A stretch of DNA of 32,000 nt from Bdellovibrionales bacterium (lineage in GTDB: Bacteria; Bdellovibrionota; Bdellovibrionia; Bdellovibrionales; UBA1609), in the NCBI GenBank assembly GCA_965247685.1, contig OZ252021.1, forward strand, positions 270,001 to 302,000, read 5' to 3'. The notes beneath the pieces were generated by a model that did not search any database, was not told where the DNA came from, and worked only from the letters and a program-made list of their open reading frames with translations. Below are positions 15,810 through 24,671 of this stretch, piece after piece. Position 1 is the stretch's first letter. Each line of letters opens with the position of its first letter. A program made the translations under genes and the position numbers.

Positions 15810-16538
15810 GTGATATGTTCGAAACTACTTTACGAAGGTAAATGTAAAAAAGTTTTTCTTGTTAAAAATCAACCCAATAAAGTGTGGCTTGAATTCAAAG
15901 ACACACTCACCGCTTTTAATGGGGAAAAAATATCTTCTTTCGAAGGAAAAGGAAGGCTGAATCGAGATACAACATCTTTGCTATTTCAATACTTACATTC
16001 TAAAGATATTCAAAGTCATTGGATTAGTGATGAAAAAAACGCGAGTATTTTAGCTCAAAAAATGACCATGATTCCCCTTGAGGTAGTGATCAGAAATCGC
16101 TTAGCTGGTTCGACTGCAAAAAAGTTTCAAAAGAAAGAAGGAACCTCTTTAGATACACCCCTTTTTGAACTTTACTATAAAGATGAAAACCTAGGAGATC
16201 CTTTTATTTCAGAAGATCAAGCTTTTATGCTCAAAGCTTGTTCACCCATCGAAATAGAAATAATCAAAGCTCAAGCTTTAAAAGTGAATAAAGAGTTAAG
16301 AGATTTATTTTCTCTGGCTGGAATGGATCTGATTGATTTTAAATTAGAATTTGGAAAAACATCTGAAAGTGATATTATATTGGGAGATGAGATCTCAGCA
16401 GACAGCTGTCGTATCTGGAATTCCGAAACACAAGAAAAAATGGACAAAGATCGATTTCGATTAGATTTAGGGGATGTAGAATCTAATTATAAAAAAATCT
16501 TGAGCAATCTTACAAAATCTTTAAATAATAAATTATAA
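15810..16538 (+). CDS. purC: Phosphoribosylaminoimidazole-succinocarboxamide (SAICAR) synthase
   Basis: 242 aa. Collinear with bacterial PurC: LYEGKCKKVF, KDTLTAFNGEK, GKGRLN, LEVVIRNRLAGS, LIDFKLEFG, GDEISADSCRIW, DKDRFR. GTG start preceded by AAGGAG. Confidence 0.95.
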   Translation: MICSKLLYEGKCKKVFLVKNQPNKVWLEFKDTLTAFNGEKISSFEGKGRLNRDTTSLLFQYLHSKDIQSHWISDEKNASILAQKMTMIPLEVVIRNRLAGSTAKKFQKKEGTSLDTPLFELYYKDENLGDPFISEDQAFMLKACSPIEIEIIKAQALKVNKELRDLFSLAGMDLIDFKLEFGKTSESDIILGDEISADSCRIWNSETQEKMDKDRFRLDLGDVESNYKKILSNLTKSLNNKL

Positions 16539-16554
16539 AACAGAGAAAACTCCA

Positions 16555-17631
16555 TTAATGAGAAATTTGTTGAAAAATCCTTTCTTCTTGTTTCAACCAA
16601 CCATTTTCACTCATATCTTGCATAGGCCATCCGTAAAAAGCAGAAGAAACAAATTTCATCTTCTTCACACTTTGAGGAGAATACACAGGAAATAAAAAAG
16701 AAGGAGTTACGAAAGATTTTTGAATACAATTCCAACTAAATCGAGGTAGCAATTGGTTCAATTTGTGATGAATCCTCTCCACACATTCTTTAAACTCAAC
16801 CTCAGAATAATGCGCAGGGAATAAACCCCAAATATCCATTTTATTTTTTTCAATCAAAGAACTTTTCAAACAAAGCAATCTCTCATGAGTCCAAGGAAGA
16901 TCTTCAGGATCCACAAGCACTAAGTGTGAAGGGAAAGGATACCCCTCATCATCAAACTGGAATAAAAATCTCTGCCAACTCCAGCGAGTGGATTCTTTAT
17001 CTTTAAAGAAAAAAGAAGAAGACCAGTCTGGATTAAAATGATGAAGCTCTTCAGGATTAAGGAGTAAAATAATATTTTCTACTTGAATCTCTTCTTTATT
17101 CTCACGAAATAAAACCCGCTTTTCAGCATCCCACTTCCAATCTAGATTTTTTGATAAAACAACCTCATTTTTTAAAAGCTTCTCTACTGGGACAGGAGGT
17201 TTCAAAACGCCAAAATCTTTAAAAACATAAGAAGAGTCACGAACTTGCCCCTCAGAGATTTCAATACTTGAAGATAATTGGCTCATTAAGTGATGAATCC
17301 ACATCACTTGAAAATCTTTTCGATTATGAGAGGGTGAAGTTAGAGAAGAAAAACTTACTCGTTTTTTATAAACAGAAGAAAGAAAAAAATCTTTAAAATA
17401 AAAAGATTCTTTAGAACTTTGAATAGAAAAACCAGAATATGACTCGATCCATCTTCTTTGAGTTGAGGAATCTTCAAAAAAACCAAAAGGACCTATCACA
17501 TCTTCCGGCGAACAAGCTAAGGCACTCGACACATCTATAAACATTACCTTTTTGTTAGATTGAATAAGATTGTGAGCTAGGCCAACACCTCTTGAAAAAG
17601 CAGAGAGGATGGCAACATCAAAGTGTTTCAA
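16555..17631 (-). CDS. Hypothetical protein with degenerate N-terminal Rossmann (FAD/NAD-binding-like) beta-alpha-beta motif
   Basis: 358-aa ORF. N-terminus FDVAILSAFSRGVGLAHNLIQSNKKVMFIDV has the beta1-loop-helix-beta2 spacing of a dinucleotide-binding fold, but the GxGxxG glycines are replaced (SAFSRG). TTG start overlaps the purM stop (TTGA at 17628-17631). Trp/Phe-rich remainder without motifs I recognise. Confidence 0.6.
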   Translation of the reverse strand: MKHFDVAILSAFSRGVGLAHNLIQSNKKVMFIDVSSALACSPEDVIGPFGFFEDSSTQRRWIESYSGFSIQSSKESFYFKDFFLSSVYKKRVSFSSLTSPSHNRKDFQVMWIHHLMSQLSSSIEISEGQVRDSSYVFKDFGVLKPPVPVEKLLKNEVVLSKNLDWKWDAEKRVLFRENKEEIQVENIILLLNPEELHHFNPDWSSSFFFKDKESTRWSWQRFLFQFDDEGYPFPSHLVLVDPEDLPWTHERLLCLKSSLIEKNKMDIWGLFPAHYSEVEFKECVERIHHKLNQLLPRFSWNCIQKSFVTPSFLFPVYSPQSVKKMKFVSSAFYGWPMQDMSENGWLKQEERIFQQISH

Positions 17632-18635
17632 AGAAGGTCATCCCATGAATCAAAGTTCATTGTCCAAGAAGAAGATTGGTTATTGATATCTAAAACTTCA
17701 CCAATTTCAAAGTGACTTACATTTAAATTTTTCAGTGATTTTTTCAAAGAAGAGATCTGCTCTGATGAAACAAAAGCAACAAGACCCACTCCACAATTTA
17801 ATGTTTTCATTAAATCGATCCAGCTCATACCTGTTCTCTTTTTTACTTCCAAAAAAGGCTGTGGCAGTTTCCAAGCTTTCAATTGCACTTGAGAACCCGC
17901 AGGAACAACTCTTAGTATATTATCCATTCCATCTCCTGTAATATGTGCCAACGCATGAACCTTGCCCTTAAGAACAGAAGAAAAAACTTTTGTATAAAGC
18001 ATAGTAGGCCGAAGAAGCTCAGAAGCCCACTGATCCAAATCTTGTTGAAAAATTTTTCTCAATAAAGAATATCCGTTACTGTGAAAGCCTTGACTCGCTA
18101 AAGCGAGGAGACGATCTCCTTTTTGCACACGATGAGCTCCAATAATATCTTGTCGATCCACAATCCCAACGGCAAAACCCGCACAGTCAAAATCGTCATT
18201 CTGGTAGACTCCCGGCATTTGAGCCGTTTCACCTCCAGTAAGAGCACATAAAGACTCATCACACGCTTTTTTTATTCCTGTTAAAAAATCTTTTGCATGA
18301 TCAGAATTTAACTGACCACAAGCATAGTAATCTAAAAAGAACAAGGGCTGAGCTCCTACGCAGAGTAGGTCGTTGACGCACATAGCGACTAAATCTTGAC
18401 CCAAACTTTGAAGGGAAGAATATTGAAGAGCGAGCTTCAACTTAGTCCCCACTCCATCTGTGCTGCTTGCTAAACAGGGTTCTTTCATATTGGGAAACTG
18501 AATTTGAAAAAGAGAGGCATATCCTCCCACTCCATCGATAATTCGAGAGCGATGATGTCCTTGAGATTGCTCTTTTATCCAACTCACCAGCTGATGAGCT
18601 CGTTTCGTATCCACGCCTGATTTATTATAATCCAC
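17628..18635 (-). CDS. purM: Phosphoribosylformylglycinamidine cyclo-ligase (AIR synthetase)
   Basis: 335 aa. GVGGYASLF, STDGVGTKLKLA, DLVAMCVNDLL, GGETAQMPG and GFHSNGYSL motifs are typical of PurM. Confidence 0.95.
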   Translation of the reverse strand: MDYNKSGVDTKRAHQLVSWIKEQSQGHHRSRIIDGVGGYASLFQIQFPNMKEPCLASSTDGVGTKLKLALQYSSLQSLGQDLVAMCVNDLLCVGAQPLFFLDYYACGQLNSDHAKDFLTGIKKACDESLCALTGGETAQMPGVYQNDDFDCAGFAVGIVDRQDIIGAHRVQKGDRLLALASQGFHSNGYSLLRKIFQQDLDQWASELLRPTMLYTKVFSSVLKGKVHALAHITGDGMDNILRVVPAGSQVQLKAWKLPQPFLEVKKRTGMSWIDLMKTLNCGVGLVAFVSSEQISSLKKSLKNLNVSHFEIGEVLDINNQSSSWTMNFDSWDDLL

Positions 18636-18708
18636 TTCAAAAAACCTTAAAAAAAAATTTACTTCCTTATCTTTTTCAAGTTACACTGAATTTTAAAAGG
18701 AGAAAAAG

Positions 18709-19491
18709 ATGTCTAAAAAACAACGCTTATTCATGATTTCCGTTTCCTTTATTCTGCTTTCTTCTTACTCCATAGAGGGTGCAGAATCAAGCCCCAACTC
18801 TTCTCCTTATTTTTTAGCCCAAAATAATGACATTAGTTCGGATGAGGAACTCAATGTCTACAACCCTTCCATTGATTATCTTGATTTTCAAGGGTCTGAA
18901 GAAGAAAGAGAAAAAGAATTAAATTTTTTCAAAGATGGACGGCTTTTATCCGTTATGGCATTTCCTGCCTACAAATATTTCTTCCCTGAAAAATCCTTTC
19001 CTCCTTATGCACATTTTGGAGGAGCTTTAAACCATTTCGTAAACCTCAATGTGTCTATACAGTTTAGTTTTACATTTGGGGTTCATAATCTCTTAAATGG
19101 AACGGACAGTTTAGGTCAATCCTCTTTTAACACCCTTTATACAGATTTGAAATATTATTGGAATAGAGATCGCTTATTAAAAACTTTGGCTTACTTCAAC
19201 CCTTTCATCTTTATGGGAGGAATTTTTTCTCAAAGAAACACGACTGCTTATGTGGAAAATAAAGAACCCATTTCAGCAAGTTCTATAGGATTTGGAGGTC
19301 GATCGGGATTAGGGATTGAAATTCACTTTTCTCAAAAAATCTTTATTGGAGCTCAAGTCAGCTATGAGTATCTCTCTTTTAAAAATAAAAATGGTACAAA
19401 TGGAAACATAGTCCAGCTGCCATCTGGTGATACAATATATTTGCCACTTTCATCTGTATTCGGAATGCTCTTTTTAGGAGCCAACTTTTGA
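18709..19491 (+). CDS. Putative outer-membrane beta-barrel protein
   Basis: 260 aa. AAAGGAG RBS. N-terminal signal peptide (MSKKQRLFMISVSFILLSSYSIEGA). Alternating hydrophobic/polar stretches. C-terminal LFLGANF with terminal Phe, the usual OMP targeting signature. Confidence 0.7.
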   Translation: MSKKQRLFMISVSFILLSSYSIEGAESSPNSSPYFLAQNNDISSDEELNVYNPSIDYLDFQGSEEEREKELNFFKDGRLLSVMAFPAYKYFFPEKSFPPYAHFGGALNHFVNLNVSIQFSFTFGVHNLLNGTDSLGQSSFNTLYTDLKYYWNRDRLLKTLAYFNPFIFMGGIFSQRNTTAYVENKEPISASSIGFGGRSGLGIEIHFSQKIFIGAQVSYEYLSFKNKNGTNGNIVQLPSGDTIYLPLSSVFGMLFLGANF

Positions 19492-19610
19492 AAAGGTGTT
19501 TAAAAACACTACGTCAGACTTATTTTACCTTTCAAGACTATTATTTCTGTTTTTTTATAGATTCATTTTTCTTATTCGGTTAACATAAGGCAATTAAAAG
19601 GAGAATTCTT

Positions 19611-20564
19611 ATGAAGCTTTTGATTTTATTGTTCATTTGCACAGCTGGATTTATTGCACTTGCCCAAGAAAATAAGGATCAGAATGAACAAGCTGATGAA
19701 CAAACTAATTCTGAAAAACAAGAGGATTCAGCTGAAACTCAGCTTGTCAATTACTCCGCTCAAAAAAACAATGTTGAACAAATCGATGTAAAATCGAATC
19801 AAGAAAATCAGAACACCCAAGCTGCAAAACAAGTGCAAAAATTAGAAACACAAATCGTAAATTCTGATCATCAGAAAAATGCTATCGAACAACCTGCACC
19901 AAGTGAAAGCCAGCAGCCGGATCTAGCACCTGTCAGCACTCAAGATTCCTCAAATGTCGTTGATATTTACCCGTTTATTGAAGCTAAAGATGCCTATAAC
20001 CCTGTTTACCCTTCGCAACATAGCACTATGCCTTCCAATGATGAAAATTCGCAGTACAGTTCTTTTTTTGAAGAAGAGTCTCCTGAACAAAGTCACTTCT
20101 CAAATAAACTTTCTTTTGGAGGTCATTTTTTATGGGGAACCACTGGATCGTCGAATCGTTTTTTGAACCTCAGTTTGAATATAGACTTTGGTTGGGTTTG
20201 GAATTCAGTAGAAGTTGGACCTTTTTTGAATATAGACACTCCTAGAGAGAACCTGAGACAAAGCTATAAATTCTCCAACTATACAGCTGATATTCGCTTC
20301 CTCATCGGTCTATTTGGAGAATTCCACTTTATTAATCACAATAAACCTCATTTGAAATACTCTCCTTCCGTAGGTTTAAAATTAGGTTACGGACGTGCAT
20401 ACAATCGAAATCTTGTGCAAGCACAGCCCTATTTGACACTCAAATACTTCGCATCACAAAGAACTGCTTTGTTTGCTTCCCTAGCTCCCTACTACACTTA
20501 CAAGCTGGATGGCGGCAAAGAGTGGGGAATCAACTTTCCCATAGGGCTACAGCTTTACTTTTAA
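19611..20564 (+). CDS. Putative outer-membrane beta-barrel protein with Q/N/E-rich N-terminal extension
   Basis: 317 aa. AAAGGAG RBS. Signal peptide ending IALA/QE. About 140 aa of low-complexity Q/N/E/S-rich sequence with two related TQ[LI]VN...QKN.[VI]EQ segments. The C-terminal ~150 aa barrel-like region ends GLQLYF and is paralogous to the next gene. Confidence 0.7.
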   Translation: MKLLILLFICTAGFIALAQENKDQNEQADEQTNSEKQEDSAETQLVNYSAQKNNVEQIDVKSNQENQNTQAAKQVQKLETQIVNSDHQKNAIEQPAPSESQQPDLAPVSTQDSSNVVDIYPFIEAKDAYNPVYPSQHSTMPSNDENSQYSSFFEEESPEQSHFSNKLSFGGHFLWGTTGSSNRFLNLSLNIDFGWVWNSVEVGPFLNIDTPRENLRQSYKFSNYTADIRFLIGLFGEFHFINHNKPHLKYSPSVGLKLGYGRAYNRNLVQAQPYLTLKYFASQRTALFASLAPYYTYKLDGGKEWGINFPIGLQLYF

Positions 20565-20710
20565 CAAAAGACTCGACTATTGTTCAGCCCCTAAGTGACC
20601 ATATTTTGAACAGTTTTAAAGAGAATATAATCAAAAGTATTGTGCTGAAAATATTTAGTTTGATTCTTCATATCACCGAATAGATAATGATGTAAAACAA
20701 GGAGCAACTG

Positions 20711-21250
20711 ATGAAATTAGTTTATGTTATTTTAGCTATATTTTCTTTAAATACCTTTTTTCTGCAAGCAGAAACTATGCAAAAAAGACAATACAGAAAA
20801 AGACATCACAAGATCCAAATTAATGCCTCTTCGCTTCGTTTTGGAAGATCATTTGATGTTTCAGGTCTGGTCGATGTGGGCTATGCTTATAACTCTGGCT
20901 ACTTTGAAATTGGGGGAATTCTAGGTCTCAATCCGGACTTTAACCTATGGAATATAGCATCAGAGTATGAGGATATTAATGTGTTTGCTGGTCTCAGTTT
21001 TGAAGGAAACTTTATCAGAAATAAAAGAAGAAATCACTGGATTCCTTCTATCGGTTTAAAAGTATATGGGCTCTATGATAGAAGTTTTAATATCTTTGTC
21101 TCTCCATTTCTTAGTTCTAAACATTTTGTGAGCAGCCGAACCTCCATTAACGTGGAAGTTTCTTTCCCATTAAAAGTATGGGATTGGAATTTAGACGACC
21201 TTTACGACGGTTTTGGTTTATCTGTGGGATACGCCTACTACTTCCACTAA
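20711..21250 (+). CDS. Putative small (8-strand type) outer-membrane beta-barrel protein
   Basis: 179 aa. AAGGAG RBS. Signal peptide MKLVYVILAIFSLNTFFLQA. Ends GLSVGYAYYFH. Alignable to the C-terminal half of the 317-aa protein (IPSIGLKVYGLY versus SPSVGLKLGYGR; HFVSSRTSINVEV versus YFASQRTALFASL). Confidence 0.7.
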   Translation: MKLVYVILAIFSLNTFFLQAETMQKRQYRKRHHKIQINASSLRFGRSFDVSGLVDVGYAYNSGYFEIGGILGLNPDFNLWNIASEYEDINVFAGLSFEGNFIRNKRRNHWIPSIGLKVYGLYDRSFNIFVSPFLSSKHFVSSRTSINVEVSFPLKVWDWNLDDLYDGFGLSVGYAYYFH

Positions 21251-21252
21251 CT

Positions 21253-22539
21253 TTACTTTTTTAAGAAAGTCAGTCGAATAGGGAGTCCTTTTAAGGAATA
21301 CTCCTCCTGGATTTTTTTAATCAAAAACTTTTGATAAGAGGGTGTGATTCCTTTGGGTTCATTGGTAAAAATAATAAAACTTGGCGGTTGATAATTCGTC
21401 TGAGTAAGGTAATAAAACTTCACATTTTTTGTACCATACACAGGCTGAGGAGCCTGTTGAGTTGCGTTGAGAAAGAACTTATTAAGTCTAGATGTCGTGA
21501 TACGAAATTGAGATTTTTGAATAAACTCGCAAACTTTTTTCATGAGAGGATTAAAGCCCACACCTTGAGTGGCACTCGTAAAGACTAAAGGAATGTCTGG
21601 AAAATAAGGGAAAGCTTGTTGAACTTTTTTTCTCATCTCTATTTTAGAGATTTGAGATAAGTCCCACTTATTAATCACTAAAATCACTGTTTTATACTGA
21701 CTCATGCAGTAAGAAAAAAGACGGACATCCTGCCTAGATATTCCTTTATGAGCTTCTATCACGAGTAATATAATATCTGATTTTCTAAAATAACTTAGAC
21801 TTTTTGCAGAAGAAATCTTTTCTAAACTTTCAAACCGGCGGCTCTTTTTACGAATACCAGCTGTATCTAAAATTTCATAAGTCTTTTTGTTGTAACGGAA
21901 TTCCTCATCCACAACATCTACAGTAGTATGCTTCTTTGGTGAAGTGATCATTCTTTGCTTTTTTAATATCAGATTGCAAAGAGAACTCTTTCCAACATTA
22001 GATTGACCTGTAATCAGAATAGAAGTTTTTTCTTTTTTTTCAGACACTTCAGTCTGCTGAGTGTGAGATAAAATCCAATCTACAATTTGATCGATGTTTT
22101 TATCCTTTTCAAATGCCGCAGGAATAAAATCTTTTCCAAGAGAATAAAACTCTGATAATAAACTGGCAGAATCCACATCGTGATCCACCTTATTGACTAC
22201 CAATAAATACTTTTTATCTCTAATATATTTAAAAATTCTTTTATCTTCATCATGTAAGTCTGTCTGAGCATCCATAATGAAAACAATAAGGTCTGCTTGT
22301 TGAATAACTTCCCGCACTTTATTATGAATAACTGATGTAAAAACAAAAGAAGACTCCCAAGCCAAACCTCCAGAATCCCAAACTTCAAAAGGATGCCCCC
22401 ACCATAAAGCTTCTCCTTTAAGAATATCACGAGTGACTCCAGGTTGATCGAGCACTAAAGCCTTCCTTTGTTTTATGAGACGATTAAATAAAGAAGACTT
22501 CCCTACATTTGGTCGTCCAATAATTAAAACTTTTTTCAC
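21253..22539 (-). CDS. der: Ribosome-associated double-GTPase Der (EngA)
   Basis: 428 aa with two GTPase domains (GRPNVGKSSLFNRL/DSGG/NKVD and GQSNVGKSSLCN/DTAG/NKWD) plus a KH-like C-terminal domain. Confidence 0.95.
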   Translation of the reverse strand: MKKVLIIGRPNVGKSSLFNRLIKQRKALVLDQPGVTRDILKGEALWWGHPFEVWDSGGLAWESSFVFTSVIHNKVREVIQQADLIVFIMDAQTDLHDEDKRIFKYIRDKKYLLVVNKVDHDVDSASLLSEFYSLGKDFIPAAFEKDKNIDQIVDWILSHTQQTEVSEKKEKTSILITGQSNVGKSSLCNLILKKQRMITSPKKHTTVDVVDEEFRYNKKTYEILDTAGIRKKSRRFESLEKISSAKSLSYFRKSDIILLVIEAHKGISRQDVRLFSYCMSQYKTVILVINKWDLSQISKIEMRKKVQQAFPYFPDIPLVFTSATQGVGFNPLMKKVCEFIQKSQFRITTSRLNKFFLNATQQAPQPVYGTKNVKFYYLTQTNYQPPSFIIFTNEPKGITPSYQKFLIKKIQEEYSLKGLPIRLTFLKK

Positions 22540-22541
22540 TT

Positions 22542-23267
22542 TTATACATCCGACTCGTTGTCAAATTCTGAAAAACTCAATGTTTTGCGGGCAGCCTCTT
22601 GTTCTGCGTCTTTTTTAGTGAAACCCTCTCCATAACCATAATCTTTATTATTCAAAACGACTTTGACAAAAAACACTTTTCGATGGGCAGGTCCTTGCTC
22701 TTGCATCAACTCGTACACGGGAGTGGTTTGAAACAGTTTTTGGCTTTTACTCTGTAGAATTGTTTTGTAATCTTGATCGGTCCATGTTTTTAAATTTTTA
22801 TGAAAAAGATGTTGAATCACTCGATAAGCTTGAAGGTATCCACCATCTAGGTAAATAGCACCCACAATGGCTTCAAAAGCCGACGCTAATAATCGAGGGT
22901 TCGAAGCCCCTTTGTTCATCTTTTCTCCTCGACTCATTTTTAATTCACGCCCTAAAATCAAATCCTTACTTTTATTATAAAGTCCTTTAGTGCTCACCAA
23001 AGAAGATCTCATTTTTGACAGATACCCCTCATCAGCATCTTGATGAGACTGCATCAGCAAATCTCCAAGCACCAAGTTTAAAACCGCATCTCCTAAATAT
23101 TCTAATCTTTCGTTATTTGAGTTTATATTCGAAAATTTAGAATAACTCTTGTGACTCAAAGCTTGAGTCAATAAAGAAGCATTTTTAAACTTATACTTTA
23201 GTTTTTTTTCTAATCTTGTAGGTGAAGAAAACAAACTCCACTGTCGAAACCAATTCATATTAATCAT
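22542..23267 (-). CDS. rnc: Ribonuclease III
   Basis: 241 aa. RNase III signature NERLEYLGDAVLNLV, FEAIVGAIYLDGG, and a C-terminal dsRBD (GPAHRKVFFVKV...GEGFTKKDAEQEAARK). Confidence 0.95.
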   Translation of the reverse strand: MINMNWFRQWSLFSSPTRLEKKLKYKFKNASLLTQALSHKSYSKFSNINSNNERLEYLGDAVLNLVLGDLLMQSHQDADEGYLSKMRSSLVSTKGLYNKSKDLILGRELKMSRGEKMNKGASNPRLLASAFEAIVGAIYLDGGYLQAYRVIQHLFHKNLKTWTDQDYKTILQSKSQKLFQTTPVYELMQEQGPAHRKVFFVKVVLNNKDYGYGEGFTKKDAEQEAARKTLSFSEFDNESDV

Positions 23268-23316
23268 AATCCTACCATAAATAATCTTTAGTTGAAAAAT
23301 ACTTTTAACAGCTTTA

Positions 23317-24591
23317 TCATTGAATAGGTTTCGCAGAAAATTTTTGAGTTGTTTTGTTCCAATTCAAAAGTTGCATAGGTATTTCATCAGAGCCTGAGTT
23401 TATTTTTACATTCTTATCATCCCATTCAACATGCCAATAATCCCGACTCATACCTCCTTTTTTTAAAGGAAGGATCTGCTTAATATGCCCTATTTCTTTC
23501 TGAGCTTTCTCATTAAGCCTTTGATGGCTTAAATTTCTAAGAAGCGCAGACCTTTTAACTTTTTGCTCAGTCGAACAATTATTTTCTATTTTTAAAGCAT
23601 ATGTTCTAGGTCTCGGACTATAAGGAAATACATGCATCTCAGTCCAATCAGTGTTGTTAAAGAGTTCATAAGTTTGTTCAAAATGCTCTTGAGTTTCGGA
23701 AGGAAAGCCTGCAATCAAATCCATACCGATATAAGATTCAGGAAAATACTTCTTAATACTATTTAGACAATTCCGCACCTGTTCTTGATTATAATTTCTT
23801 TTCATATTTTTTAAAACTGCGGTGGATCCACTTTGAATACTAAGATGAAAGTGTTTACACATTCTCTTATTTTGATAAAGTTCCAGCAAAGAGTCTGTCA
23901 GTTCAATAGGCTCTAAACTGCTGAGACGAATGCGGGGAATATCTGTTTGATTTAAGACCGCAGAAACCAGTTCACTGAGATCTTTACTTTCATCTTGATA
24001 ATCTCCAATATGAACTCCGGTTAAAACAACTTCCCTTACTCCCTCTAAAGATTTTTCATTAATTTGATTTACCAAATAAGGAATGCTTAGACTACGGCTT
24101 TTTCCTCTGGCAAAAGGAATAATACAAAAAGTACAAAACTGAGAGCACCCATCTTGAATTTTTAAAAAAAATCGAGTGTGACTCTGTTCTACCTGACCTC
24201 CTTTTCCTAAAGAAGAATTTTTAAATATATTAGAATGAAAAACTTTTTGACTTTTAAGTTCTCCATTTTCATATTTTTCTAAAATTTCAGACAATAAATG
24301 CTTGTGAGAGTTCGCAATCACCAAATTGATATCCAAACTTTTTGAATAGTAGTCCAACTCCACTTGGGTGGCACAACCTGTAACAACTATTATAGTTTCA
24401 GGATTTTTCCGACGATAACGACGAATCCATCTTAAAGACTCCAAAACTGCTGATTCTGTCACAGCACAAGTATTGACAATGTGGTATTGATTTTGACCTT
24501 GAATATGACAGTTTTGCACAAGCTGTTTTTGCAATAAAGAACTATCGTAAGTGTTCACCTTACATCCAAAAGTTTTCATACTATAATTCAT
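23317..24591 (-). CDS. mtaB: Radical-SAM tRNA methylthiotransferase, MtaB-like (MiaB/RimO family)
   Basis: 424 aa. N-terminal UPF0004 domain with KTFGCKVNTYDS (MtaB-like GCKVN rather than MiaB GCQMN). Radical SAM CSQFCTFCIIP (CxxxCxxC). The subfamily assignment is by motif only. Confidence 0.8.
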   Translation of the reverse strand: MNYSMKTFGCKVNTYDSSLLQKQLVQNCHIQGQNQYHIVNTCAVTESAVLESLRWIRRYRRKNPETIIVVTGCATQVELDYYSKSLDINLVIANSHKHLLSEILEKYENGELKSQKVFHSNIFKNSSLGKGGQVEQSHTRFFLKIQDGCSQFCTFCIIPFARGKSRSLSIPYLVNQINEKSLEGVREVVLTGVHIGDYQDESKDLSELVSAVLNQTDIPRIRLSSLEPIELTDSLLELYQNKRMCKHFHLSIQSGSTAVLKNMKRNYNQEQVRNCLNSIKKYFPESYIGMDLIAGFPSETQEHFEQTYELFNNTDWTEMHVFPYSPRPRTYALKIENNCSTEQKVKRSALLRNLSHQRLNEKAQKEIGHIKQILPLKKGGMSRDYWHVEWDDKNVKINSGSDEIPMQLLNWNKTTQKFSAKPIQ

Positions 24592-24671
24592 AATTTTTCA
24601 TCCTACTTTATCTATTTACGTGGTACTATTTTTTAAACCCTTGTCTTGCACAAATCCTTCAGTCAATAAAT

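Noticed and set aside
17735-17941. Short alternative-frame ORFs overlapping confident genes (17735-17941, 19954-20166, 21331-21588, 22197-22430, 27527-27754, 27936-28211, 29388-29663, 30946-31137)
   Set aside because: Each lies inside or antisense to a gene with clear family motifs (purM, OMP, der, the repeat protein, mltG/mfd). They lack RBS signals and have low-complexity or hydrophobic junk-like composition typical of AT-rich shadow ORFs.
19492-19610. Rho-independent terminators in the OMP cluster spacers (GTGTTT-AA-AAACAC at about 19496-19509; TGTTCA...TGAACA at about 20587-20619)
   Set aside because: The stems are only 6 bp and AT-rich. One has an impossible 2-nt loop and the other a ~21-nt loop, and no convincing T-tract follows. 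This is not enough to call.
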